Part shown: in pieces, positions 1 through 11,900 of the stretch | Numbering within the stretch: the stretch's first letter is position 1 | Layout: every line of letters begins with the position of its first letter | NCBI GenBank assembly: GCA_036172245.1 | Contig: JAYWIR010000033.1 | Span: 62,001 to 126,000 of the forward strand | Length of the DNA: 64,000 nt | From: Raillietiella orientalis | Lineage: Eukaryota | Direction: 5' to 3' | Program-made: the position numbers and the translations under genes | Notes under the pieces: model-generated | Seen by the model: only the letters and a program-made list of their open reading frames with translations | What the model was told of the DNA's origin: nothing | Database searches by the model: none

Positions 1-1552
1 TGCAGGAGCGGGCCGCGGTGTGGAACGCGTTCGCGGCCCCCCTCCTTCGCCCCTTACTTTTTGTTTGCCCCGCCCCTCCCATCATACAGAGACGGACCAA
101 AGCCCTCTTGAGGACTGCCCTTTGGGGCACAGCGAGGTCGCGAGTCCGATTGAAAGACTTGTGCGCTCCACGCAGGTATGGTGGCTTGGGCCTCCTTACG
201 TTGGAGCGCATCCAACTTCAAACAAGAATTCGAAAGTTAGCCCTTGCGGCTAGCTTATGGATGACGCCATTGTGCGATCCGGCACGGCTCCTCTCCAGAA
301 GAGCGACCGGCTGCGAAGGATTGTCCTCGATCCTCGTGGCCTACCAGCGCAGCCTCTCCAACTGTGGCTTGGATTTGCGCCAGATGGTCGCCCTGATGAG
401 GGAGAATACCTGGATCTCCTGCATCCCCGCGAACTGCACTGCCTGGCTTCAGGAGTCAGCTTCCGCGTGGGCTAAGATCAACGGAACGAGCGAGGCGGAA
501 TACAACTGCCTACGACGAGGACCGTACGCTCGACAGCCGCTGCAGGATATTATCAACACGCCCCGGAAGTTTCTGTGGGCTTCTTTCAGCCCCCTTGCCC
601 CGTTCTGTCCTCCCTGAAAAACAGTAGGAGCAGCAACGAGCTGGCATCGTGGGAAGTGTCCTGCCTCATCCGAGGCAGGAAAAAACCTTTAATGGCGTGG
701 ACGACTCGTGAGCTCACTAACGCTGCCACTCCGAGCGTCCCGCCTCACGGACTTGCGCGCTGGGGAGAGCTGCTCGCAATACCTCCGGAGGAGGTGAAGT
801 GGCCCCCAGCGTGTTGGGATTGCGCCACACTCCCGTTGAAGTGGCAGGAGACGGCGTTGCTATTTCTGCACTGGGGACTGTTAAGCAGAGCACGCCTGTC
901 TCACTGGACACTGGGAAATGTGGATGCCCGTTGTGTCGAGTGCGGAGAAAGAGAAACCTTCCCGCATCTCACCCTCGAGTGTGTCGCTCTGGATGGACTC
1001 TGGATTCGAATCTCCCCAATCCTCCATCTTCCAGTAGGCGACCCTAAGGAAATTTACCGTCGCCTCTTTCTGCGTGACGGCCTGCGCCCCGCCGCGTCTC
1101 CTGCAGTCCTCTGCTGCGTGCGCGGCATTGTGCAAAGGTGGCACGCCAGAAGAAGAGGCCCAAGATGCAGGGACGCCATCCACTGGACGACGATCTCTTT
1201 AGAGACGGCGACAAGGTGGCGTCTACCTTTCACAATAAAAACAGAACTTGACTGCATCCTGAACAGGATGCGGAGGACCGACCCAGGCGCTCAGTGATCC
1301 CTTCCCGGCCCCCCCCCTCTCCCCATACAACTGTTTCCCTCCCCGTTATCTCTCTTTTTGTTTGTTTTTGTACTAGTTTTCCCTTCCTATGCACCTCGGG
1401 AATGGACCTAACCGGTCTATGCACCGGCAACAGACACGTCAACCAAGGTGGGAAAACCAAGTGTTTCCCACAATTAATTTTTGAAAGACTTTATTATGTA
1501 ATTTTTGTAAAAAATTAGAATAATAAATGCCCCGGCATATCCGGGTGGCAAA
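1..1552 (+). mobile_element. Tx1/L1-clade non-LTR retrotransposon, ORF2 C-terminal part plus 3' UTR
   Basis: Frameshifted ORFs 18-617 and 575-1297 contain the post-RT motif LCAPRRYGGLGL and the finger CVECGERETFPHLTLEC. A pyrimidine-rich UTR ends in the family terminal motif at 1522-1552. Confidence 0.9.
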
Positions 1553-4500
1553 CTTCGGCTGCAGCCGATCATTCCTGGCCAGCGTCATCGAGCAGACAAG
1601 CCGCTACAGACTGCCAAACCTGGCGCTCGTCCCTTGCCTTATACTCCGCCAGACGCCGGACGTCCGGGCATCGTGAAAAGGTATGCGCCTGCAGATACGA
1701 TCTGCTGTTCGCGACACCCTTCCCCAAGCCGCGGGGAAGCAGGTGCAAGGGGAACCGGCAGCAGAACTCGCGGACCGATCTTTTCAGATCGTCCCAGTCC
1801 TCGAGTTCACAGATGGCGAAGCCCCGGAGGTGTTGGCGGAGATGCTCCGCCGCCTCCGATTTGCAAAGCCAGTCGGCCGGCAACCTCCAGACATTCATAG
1901 GAGGCCCTTTGCCAGGCTGGAGGAGCTCGAACTCCAGTCTAGGAAGATCCGAAATCGCGGACAGCAGATGCCCTCTCCAACCTACTCGTGAGAGCAGGTG
2001 TTCATCGAGGAACGCATGGTCCGGCGATCTCTCCATCCCGGGCTCACCAGCAAGCAAGTTTTGCACGCGCACGGACGCGCATACCTCGCTCACCAGTTGC
2101 TTCTCCCTCAAGCGGCATCTCTCCTCTGTTAGCAGGTGGACGTTGAAGTCGGCTAGCAAGGAGGTGCGCCACGTTGGGGCCGGAGTCAGCGAGCCAGCGG
2201 CTGCGCAGGCCAACCAGGAATGCAAGTCGCTGGGCGTAATGCCGGACGCCGCTCGGCGCGTAGATGTTCGTAACGACCAGGTCGATCGATTCGGACCACT
2301 TGACAAGTTGGCCAACACGACCTTCTCCGTCGAAACAAACGTTCCGCACCGCCTCCGCCACCCTGCCTCGGACGAGGAACGCGACTCCGCACGTGTGCGT
2401 GGAGCCTTGCCGCCAGTGTAGCGTCCCGCCCGCGCGCTCTTCCAGATCCTATGCCTGCCGTTCGGAGATGCTATGTATCTCCGGCAGCAGCAACAGATCG
2501 AACGCGCGCAAAGCGTTGGCTACCATCCGCCTTTTGTCTGCATCACGTAGCCCGTTGACATTCCAACAGGCCACGCTGACGCGACGAGCGGACGCGAGTC
2601 CACGCATCACTGCTGCTGACATGACATCGTGCTCCTCGCCCCGTCCGGCGAGAAGTCAGTTGGTAGGAGAGCGGATTGGAATGCGGAATCGCTCCCGTTC
2701 GCCGCCACATCGCGCCCAGCTGAGTCCGGGGAGCCGAGGATCATCGCCTCGGTCTCCGTGCAGGAGCCGGAACCGCCTCTGGCAACAGGCTCGTGCTTTG
2801 GCACTTTAGCCCGGCGCGCTACCGGCTTATCACGGGATGCGCGCTCCATTTGTTTGCACTCGGACTCCACATCGGAGTCCGAGTGCCTGGCGCGAGACTG
2901 ACGTTTTGCCAGTCTCTTTTTGTTTCCGCAGGTGATGGCTTGCCCTGCCCGCGCGGGGGTCGTCGCAGTCGCCAACGCAGCTTCCGGAGCTTTGGCTTCC
3001 GCAGCCGCCCTCTCGCGCGAAGCGACGGAGACAGAGCACGCAGCCGTAGTGCGTACCTGGGTACGCACCTTCTTCGGCGTGCTTCTCTTTTGCCTCCCAC
3101 GCACCTTAAGGATGGAGAATATTCAAGGGTCAACCTTCTTCTTCCCCTTTGTGGGCGTCCTGGAGACTCGAGTCCAGCCCGCGTCGGGGACGCCCTCCTG
3201 GGAGGCCGACGCCTCCCTCAATTGTTTGGCCGGAGATGCCGGCTCACGTTTCGCGCTCGCGGCGGGATACGGCTCCGTCCCCGTTACGCACTGCACCTGC
3301 TCCTTAGCCGATGCGGGCGAAACGCCGGTCATTGCCGTCGTCCTGCGAGGCGCTATTGCAGCCTTCGCTGCTCGTGCCTTCGGCGTGGAAGACGTGATCT
3401 CGACCGCCGTAGGAGGAGACTGCCGTTGAGAGGCAGCTCCGAGGTTACCCGCGCACGGTTTCCCGTGTGCTCCGCTGGACGCGCAAGCGGACGCGGACGG
3501 TTCAGCTGCCTTGATTGTGTGGGTGCCCGCACTCTTAGGCTGCTTCGAATGGGGCGATTTGCCCCCAGGGCGACGTGGCATCTTTCATGTCTGCGCGGTT
3601 GTCTGGGATGGTTGCTTCCCTGAAGCAACCGCGCCCTTTTTCGCGGGACCTCCACTCGAAGATGCCCCATTCTTCGCGCCCGATTTCTCCCGTGGCACAA
3701 CGGGGGATCTTTTCGGCGCGGACGGGGTCGATTGTCTGGGGCTTTTCGCCTGCCGCTTTCTCTTCAGCTCGGCGCACTCTTTGATGGAGTGGCCGAGCTG
3801 TTTACAATAGCAGCAGTTGCGTAAAGGGCACTTCCACGGACGGTGGCCCTCTGCACCGCAAATGCCGCAAGCCGGTCGCTCAGCGGCAAATTTAAGGTGG
3901 ACGATCGCATCGCCCACCTGCAAGTGCGGAGGCATTTGCCTCCTATCCGCCATGGTGACATCCGCCATGGCAAGTCCGCTGTGGAGAGATGCAATCCTTT
4001 TGATCGGATTGTCTGCTTTCCACAGCGCGTGCACCGTGGCGAATGCACTTTGTGCAGCGACGAGCATGCGATCGGGCGTGTCCACCTGGACGGCGGATAA
4101 TCGGACCACGAAAGAGTGGTCCATGGCCGGCGGGACGACCTCCTTCCCGCGGATATTTAGCGGGGTGCGGAGAAGGCGCTGGACTAGGGATGCCTCTTTG
4201 CAGTGCACCTCCCAGTGTCCAAGCGCGTTAACCGGCATGACGGCCAGGAGGTCGTCCTGTCGGACCGCGACGCGCAAAAGCTCGTCCCACAAATTTTCTC
4301 CGACCCCGTCGGAGATAGAAGCACTCACCGGATAGCAGAGCGCAGGCTTGTAGCCATGGGCTGCATATGCCTGCAGCTCTGCTTCGTCGGGCGGTGCTCC
4401 GTTGGCTGCCGCCGCCTTGACGACGGCGGCGAAGCTTCTTGCCGGTGGCAAGACACAAGAATCAGAGGCGGACCGGACATCTGGAGTAGAGTCTCCACTG

Positions 4501-4635
4501 CCAGTAGCAGCCTCCACATCCATCTTTTGCTGCAGGGGCTCCGTGGACATCCCAGTGGATGCACTCGGGCACACCACACACAAAAAGACGGAAAGGAATC
4601 ACGCTCGAGGAGCAACACAGTACACGTCCGTGCGG
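1553..4635 (-). mobile_element. Tx1-like element, 5' half: 5' UTR, ORF1 and start of ORF2 (AP-endonuclease)
   Basis: ORF1 (3585-4583, continuing with stops to 2607) has CGICGAEGHRPWKC and CCYCKQLGHSIKEC knuckles. ORF2 starts at 2607 with MRGLASARRVSVACWNVNGL and later shows VVTNIYAP, ADFN, DH and SD motifs. Confidence 0.9.
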
Positions 4636-5392
4636 GCGTTGTCGTCGAGCGTATTCCCGATCGCTGCGAGAGAGAACTCGCCGCTACCCACGACCTCGCC
4701 TCTTTCGACTCTGTCAACAGCGAGGGGATTGAGCCGGCGGCTGCGTCCGTCATCCACACCGTCATCGATGACGTAGCCTTCGTGCAAGCTGCGTAGGAGC
4801 TGGCTGCCTTGTTGCAGTCGGTTGCCTCCAAGGCTGGCAGGAAGGCCGTCAGGCGTCCGGCCTCCCCTCAGGAGTCCTACACTTCCGACTCCGAGGTGGA
4901 GGCCGGAAGCGCTGCCTCCTTTTCCACGGCACCCCGGAAGAAGGCTGGACGTAAGTGCACAAAGCCGAGCAAGATCGTCTCCCCCGACGAAGGGGAAGAG
5001 ATGGCTTCGGCAGGCGAGGTTGCCATGAGCGTGAAGAACTTTCGGGACCCGTCGCCCGAGAGACTCCCACGCACGGACACGGAGGGAATGGAGAAGTGGA
5101 TGCCGAACAGGTGCCTCAGGTGCCTAAGAAGGCCGAAACACCCATGGACATCCGGCCCGCCTGGCAAGAGGCGGGCTCCTTCACACCTTAATCTTCCAAG
5201 CAGTAATGCCGGGAATCTCCCCCCGCCGTCGTCTGCGCATCGCCGTTTCGAACGTGAACGGAATGACAGAAGGCGGCAGAAGACACATGGCCGCCCTTCT
5301 GGAATCTTTCGATCTTGCGCTGCTGCACGAGATCCAATGGATCTCTGCAGAACAAGAGCAAGAGATCGAACGAATCTCCGGAGGGCGGCTAT
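4636..5392 (+). mobile_element. Tx1-like fragment: ORF1 C-terminus and endonuclease start (host of the 5393-6850 insertion)
   Basis: DDVAFVQAA.ELAA ORF1 motif shared with other copies; ORF2 from 5206 reads MPGISPRRRLRIAVSNVNG...DLALLHEI. Confidence 0.85.
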
Positions 5393-6850
5393 TTGTCACC
5401 CGGGTGCCCCGGGGCGTTTACTAGAAACTATCCGGGAACAGAGTTCCCGGACAAAAGGGAAAACAAGAGACGAAGGAAGTGGGATCCCCGACACGCAGGT
5501 CGGCATGCTGAAAGTCCGGAACAAGAGGGAGGGGACCACAAGTACACTACTATAAAAAATAAAAATAAAAATATGGAGGGCAGGGGACAGGGATTTTTGG
5601 TGAGTCCGTTCCTTCCTTTCAAAACCGGCGATGGATGCCGGCGATCTCTCTCCTTAAGTCCTGTGGAAGATGGGCCCACTCGGCAGCTGACGACATGCTT
5701 GCGCTGGCTAATCCGGTGGGCTGACGAACGATATCCAGCTTCTCCAACTCTCGGTGGGCCTTGTCGATGGCGCGGGTGCAACACACGGTTGCAACGACAG
5801 CACCCAAAGACAGGCCGCCTGGCGTGAACAAGAGGCGCATGAAGTCCCTCGCGGCGTCCCCCTGGTGCAGGAGAGCTGAGGCCAGCCTCCGCCAAAGTCC
5901 TTGAAGGGCACCGCAGTCCAGGAGCAGGTGCGGGAGAGTTTTCACTTCCCCGCACCGCTTACAGTTTGGGGAGACAACTCCCCCGGAAACACGGTTCGTC
6001 CGCTGGTTGGAGTGAAAACCCCAATGCATCAGCATGATGACGTCCTGCTTCCACGAAAGGGGGAACACAGAAGTGTTCAAACAGGAGAGAGGGACCACAA
6101 GTTCTTCGGGGGGCACACTTAAGTGTTCACTCCACCGAAGGAGTTCCTTCGAGATATGGCGAGGCGTGGCGACGTCTGCCAGCTCGCAAGTCCTCCAGCC
6201 GCCAATAGGTCGTTTTGTTCCTGCGATGGTGCAGGCGACCTCCCATCTCGCCGGTTCGCAGCTGTCATCTCTTGCCCTGAGGGCTGACAGCGCGTCGGCG
6301 AGGGAGGTGAGGGCCAGGCGGGTCCACTTCTCCTGGCTGCTGCAGACCTCATCCACCGTGCAGTACGGGGAGAGGTGAACCCAACGGAGTTCCAGGAAGG
6401 AAACATCCTGGTGCTTTGCCCAGCCATGCAACGGTTCCTGCCGCCAGCCTTCAAAGTTCGTTGGGCTGCAGGAGATCCATTCCTGGGCTGCCAGGAGCCG
6501 GTAGAGCGGTTTCAAAGGGAAACCGAAACTTGTCGTGGGGCGCTCCGTATGTGGACTCAGCGACAGAAGTCCGTCGCTGCCGGTGCAGCGCCGCAGGAGC
6601 AGGCGCGCGGGAGCGCACCACGGAGTGGACCAAAGGTTGGCGCACAGGGCCAACATCCGAAGCTGCACCTGCAGCTCGATTCTCTCCAGCGTCAGGATGC
6701 CTAAGCCAGCATCTCGACGCGGAGCCGCCAAGTCTTTCAGGCGGATTCTGGACCTCGCAGGACCCCACAGAGCGTTCCTCAACAGGCTATGCGCCTGGAG
6801 CTTTGCCGAGTAGGGAGGCGGGCAAACAAAAAACAGGGGGCGCAAGAGGG
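5393..6850 (-). mobile_element. 5'-truncated Tx1-like insertion with 10-bp target-site duplication
   Basis: Open 408-aa ORF2 C-terminus (5619-6845; CKRCGEVKTLPHLLLDC), 3' UTR and terminal motif. GGGCGGCTAT is present at 5383-5392 and 6851-6860. Confidence 0.92.
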
Positions 6851-7745
6851 GGGCGGCTATGTTATAGGTGTGAGAAACCCAAGAGTTGCGGTGTTGCCTA
6901 CCTGCTTCGGCCTTCCTTCGAGGCCACGGCGCGGGGCGTGCGGTCTGAAGATCACGGTCGTGTCGGCCAGCTGACTTTCAGGTGGTCCAGATGGGCAGAA
7001 TCACGAGCGTGACCTGGTCAACGAGGTGTGCATTGCGGTGAACACCTGAAATTTGTTGGCCAGTGCACCGTTGATGGAAGAAAGCATCGAACACGTGTTT
7101 TTTGACGAGCACCTGTGCCCTCGCGTGGGCAGCCGCGGCAAATTACCGTGCGAGCTGTCCGAACATCGCCCGAAAGTTCTCGAGATCCATCCGCGCGACA
7201 GGGGCCCCTTCTCATTAGCGTGGCGTCTTCCAGGTGACTGGCTGAAGCTCCCGGATGCGGCGAAACATCTCCGAACGTTCATATGGAGCTTCAGGCTGCG
7301 GACACTCCAGGATTGGGACCGCATCAAGCGGTCGGTCTAGGTGTTCTGCGACCAGTTCCCTTTGCACCGCCTACCTACGGGTTTTGGGACCGGGCTCCGT
7401 AACGAACGAGCCTATCTGCAGGCCCATCGTTACGTCAGGACCCCAGACATCCGCAGGCTGGCGGAATATAAAATCAGGAGTCGAGAGGCAAACCTGGCAG
7501 TCCGGATCGGCCAGCTTGCTGGACGATCGGGGCCAGGAGCACTCGGCACCCGCCCAAATCCGCGGCATAGTTCGGAGATACTACTCCTCCCTGTATGCCA
7601 GGGCGCCTCCGGAGAGGAATGTCTCACGACTCCTGCTACCAGAAGGCGCTTTAGCGATCGGGGAGAAGGAGAGAAAGACCTTCGACGAGCCTTTCGCTAT
7701 GGACGAAATTCTCTCAGCCATCGGAAAGCTTAAGAGCCGCAAGGC
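6851..7745 (+). mobile_element. Resumed host ORF2: endonuclease (internally deleted) and EN-RT linker
   Basis: GGRLCYRCEKPKSCGVAYLL continues the frame broken at 5392; YYSSLYARAP...KLKSRKA follows. Confidence 0.85.
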
Positions 7746-8575
7746 TTCACGGGACGACGTCTAGTTTGTGGGGCAGCTCACCATTTTCCTTGACGGTCAC
7801 ATGCGCTTCGGCCATGTCACTGAACAGTCTTCCGTAACTTTGGAAGACGTTCGGCTTGGTCCATACCGCGTGTACCGTACCGTATTTGCTTAATTTCTCC
7901 TTCACGCTGGCTTTTGACATGCGGAGGGATGCTTCCGTAAGATGCGCTACCACAGAGCGATTATCGGTTACAGGGAAGACCTTTCTGCCTTCCAGCATGA
8001 GAGGGGTATTCAGCAGGCGTTGAACCAAGCTTGCATCTCTGCAAGTAAGCTCCACTCGCTGGCCCTCACTGAGCACTGAAAGGCCTTTTAGGTCCTCCTC
8101 TTTAATTTCTAGCAGCTGCAACTCCCTCTAAAAGTTGCGGGCGGTATTTCCCACAAACAAATTTCCTACCTTGTAAATCAAGGACGGCCTGTATCCTTGT
8201 GCCAGGTAGGCGCGCTGTTCTGCTAAGGCTGCAGGAGATGGAGCTGCAGCCACGGAGCTCCAAGTCTTCGTGTATGGAGCAGACGGATCAGAAGACGAGG
8301 TTGCCACCTTTTTCAAGGGTGCGGTTGCGGCCTTTTGCACGAATGCGGTCAACCCCTTTTTCAAGAAGGCAGTTGCCTTCTCTTCCGTGGAGACGGTTGC
8401 ACCCACCTCTGTGTGTTGGGGTGAGGAACCATCCGCTTCACCGCAAACTTTAATCGCGGTTTCCTCACGCATTCCTGCCATGGGAAAACGGCGATGCACC
8501 ACGCACCAACACACTAAAAAAAGGCTTTGAAAATTCGCGCGGAAGGAGCGCAGAAAAAACACGTCCGCAGGCCCC
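7746..8575 (-). mobile_element. Tx1-like 5' UTR and N-terminal ORF1 (subfamily with ATAPLKKG repeats)
   Basis: ORFs 8128-8562 and 7747-8121 are homologous to ORF1 at 3585-4583 (DASLVQRLLNTPL, YGTVHAVW). Confidence 0.85.
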
Positions 8576-8920
8576 GTCTACGCCAGGGCACCATAAGAGC
8601 GGAATGCTTCGCGGCTCCAGCTTTTGGACGGAGATCCAGCAATAAAGGAGGACGAGAGCTTGAGCGTCGACGTAACATTTACTACCGGCGTGATTCTCGC
8701 AATTATTTCAGGGCTCAAGAGGCGTAAGGCGCCAGGGGAGGACGGCCTGCCCGCGGAGTTTTTCCAATGCTTCGCGGCAGAGCTGGCCCCCAAGCTACTT
8801 CAGTTGACCAAACTGATCCGCAACGAAGGGGACGTTCCCGCCTCGTTTCGGTCAGCCCGAGTGAGTCTCCTCCCAAAGGGAAGAGTAAAGAGATCACTGA
8901 GCATATGGCGTCTGGTCTGG
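8576..8920 (+). mobile_element. RT N-terminal fragment fused to gene X
   Basis: KAPGEDGLPAEFF...VPASFRSARVSLLPKG...WR motif typical of L1/Tx1 RT domains 0-1. Confidence 0.88.
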
Positions 8921-11900
8921 ATTGAAATCTAAACCCACAATCTATACGCATCTTTGATCCCTCGCTTCCTTCACAATTACCGCGTGTTCGCCTATGACTA
9001 CCAATAAAGCCAACCTGGTCATTTTTGGAAGAATTATCCCAGGAATCAACTGAATGGACCACGAACGGGAGCAAGGACTGAGGTCGGCAAAGTTAAGAGT
9101 ACAATTATGCGAATCCGATGCTCATAGAAATGCATGGTGAATTGCTTCTGAATCATCACGTGAGTTAGCTCATCAATTCGGCTCATTTCAATATTCTTGT
9201 TTCTTCCAAATTTATGGCATTTCAGGTGAATTGCTCGTCCGTACAGTCAATGCAATTCTACGATACGAACAGCCTTTCGTTTGATCGACTATTCTTCTCT
9301 GAGTGTATCACTGTCTCTGCTCGATTGCTGCAGACATGCTCGGCAAAGGCAATTTCCTGAAGGCAGCTGTTCGACACATGCATAATCACATGGAAATCCA
9401 TAACACATTTCCGAATCCTTCCCAAATCAATGAAGTCATGGAAGTGGATCTTCTGGAAGCAGCTGTCTGCATAAACCTGATCTTTCTTTGACTAACGTAT
9501 GCTACCAAGATGTTCAAAAAAGTTCAGGAGAAAATTTGAAAAAATTTCACAAGTAGCTATTCACGAATCAACCTAACTTCATATGTAGGACTGACCATTT
9601 CAAAAAAAAATATTAGGAACATTCAAATTTGCAATATATCTATTTATTGCCTTGGAAATGTTTCTGATTCGTTCCTTTCTTTCGACCATTCCTCCATGCT
9701 AGATTGAGAGTCAATCCACAATTCAAATTTTTCTGACCCCCTCTAATCTCCACTTACCATCTGCCATAGAAGTACCACTATTTGATACCAATCTTCTATT
9801 AAGATCAGGTTTCTCAGTGACACTGCAAGTGTATCAAATTTCTTTTGCCATTTCTCACTATGCTTGTATGCATCTGTGATAGTGCGTACACAAGTTCTTC
9901 CTTGAAGCCCTCAAGTGAGTGACAATACATTGACTCACATATCAAATGAATTTGTAAACAATCAGCAATTATTCCAAAAAGTGCTCCTTGTTTTAGATTT
10001 TTGCGGTCCTCATAAGTTCTCGCAGCCCGGATGGAAGTGAAGAAGGTAAAGAGAATTAACTGTCGTCACCAATGTGATTTTGCTGAGAAATTTATGACAA
10101 GAACTCCACCTTCTTGATGGATGTATAGTGTTGATATTAGTGGGTTTCCGTTTTTTTCCCTTCCGACAAAATGTTAAAAAGCAAAGGTCGGCGTACTTTC
10201 TCATTAATATCTCGGTGAATATAAAGGTGAAGCAACTTTTCTTTCCGGTTCGCATTTCACTTATAACAGTCGGATGTCAAAACTGCTGAACAATAAGGAT
10301 CAAAATCCTGATAAATATCTAAAGTGTTCACATCATGCCATGGGAATGTTGCTCCTTTTTTATATAAGAGTATGAATACAAGTGAAATATCACTCGAATT
10401 CGTGACTTCTGAACCTAGAAATATCATGCTTCTTAGGGAAACGATTTCGCAACGTTGAGAAGCGAGCGTGAAAAGAAATGACTCCTTGCCATTCTTGTTC
10501 TCTTGGGCCTCCTATATTTCGTTTACAACCAGCACGTACCAAAGCACCTACTATCATCCTTGGGTACGATCCAATTAAATGCACTCCTACGGTGTCTTCC
10601 TATTCAATGTGTTTCGCTCAAAGGAAGTAATGTAACAACTGTATTGTACAGAAAACCTCAACATCGTTTCGAAAAAAGTGGCAATTCCGTTTCCCGGTGG
10701 CTCAAAACTCTCGCAGCACCCCCACAATCACAAATCCCAGAATGGGCCTTTCTGGGTAGAGCGCACTTGTTTTCTTTTGCCAAGCAAATCCTCCGTCAGC
10801 AACAGGGGAGCGCGCGAGCACGACGGGCAACAACCACCTTTCAATATTCCTTTGCTTCGCGGGCAGCCCGTCAGCAGGGCTGCCGAAATAGCAAACGCGG
10901 TCGCGCAGCGCGGAGATGAATAGCACTCGTCGGTGCCGCCAGCCGTTCGGCCCTTCGTAGCAAGGAGGCCCTTGCATATCCAGAGGAGACTGCGCGGGCT
11001 TCTTGTAGGGTTTCCTTAAGTGCAACAGTTCAGATGGGAGTAGCAAGCGCGATTAAAACAGTTCTGACTTTAGAAGTCGACGAACAACCGAAGAAAGCGA
11101 AACGTTTTGCAACGGGCTGGAGTCAAGAAGTGACGATGGCGCCATCTTTATACTCAAGTCGAGCAGCTGCAGTCGAATGTGGCCGCTGAGAGAGACCGCG
11201 TACTTAGCCTAACGTGTTCGTCAATTTCCGCAAAGCAGCAATGGGCCTGCTGGCGCCCAGGCCGAGCGACGCTTCAACTCCATACTTCGTTTTTGAGATC
11301 AGGAGCATTCCTATCCGGACTAGCACTGGCGTGGCATGTGGCCCAACGGAACAACCTCGTCTTCAAGAAGCAGAAAGGACGTACAAATAGCCACATTCCA
11401 ACATCAATCAAATTTTCACGTTCATTCTCAATTCGTTCACTAACGCATCATCTGAATCAAAATGGAAGCAACTGCAACCAGCACTCGTCTTGTCAACCGT
11501 CTCTCGCCAAACAAGCATCGCACTGATCATCCTTGCAAACACCAGTACGATACTGGAAAAGATTCCCAGAGGAAAGCATCGCAACTCCGTTCAAAAACAT
11601 TGACCTGCTGAAGGTGATTCAGCCACGCTGTAGTCGCGGAAGTCAGGCGCTAACAACATGCCCTGTGCCTTCCGCACTGCCAACGACGGAAAGCGAAGCA
11701 CCTCGCTGCGTATCTACTCACAAAAGGATTGAATTCCACTTCTCCGCTTTAACTGCATATAAGAATGACCCTCGGGCTGCTAGCAACAAATTTTCAGTCG
11801 TGCTCGCAGGCTAGGATGGGATTCCTCGCTACCCTCACCCGTCCACCGCATCCTAGGTAAGTTCTTCCTCGTGCTCTGAACGAGAACCCTTCCCTACACG

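Noticed and set aside
2793..4796. Long plus-strand ORFs such as 2793-3623, 3817-4335 and 4203-4796
   Set aside because: Mostly antisense shadows of the GC-rich ORF1, with no independent motifs.
9226..9491. TPR-like reading of gene X (VYHCLCSIAADMLGKGNFLKAA)
   Set aside because: That frame has stops, does not match the splice phase and is not kept in the 52899-53100 copy.
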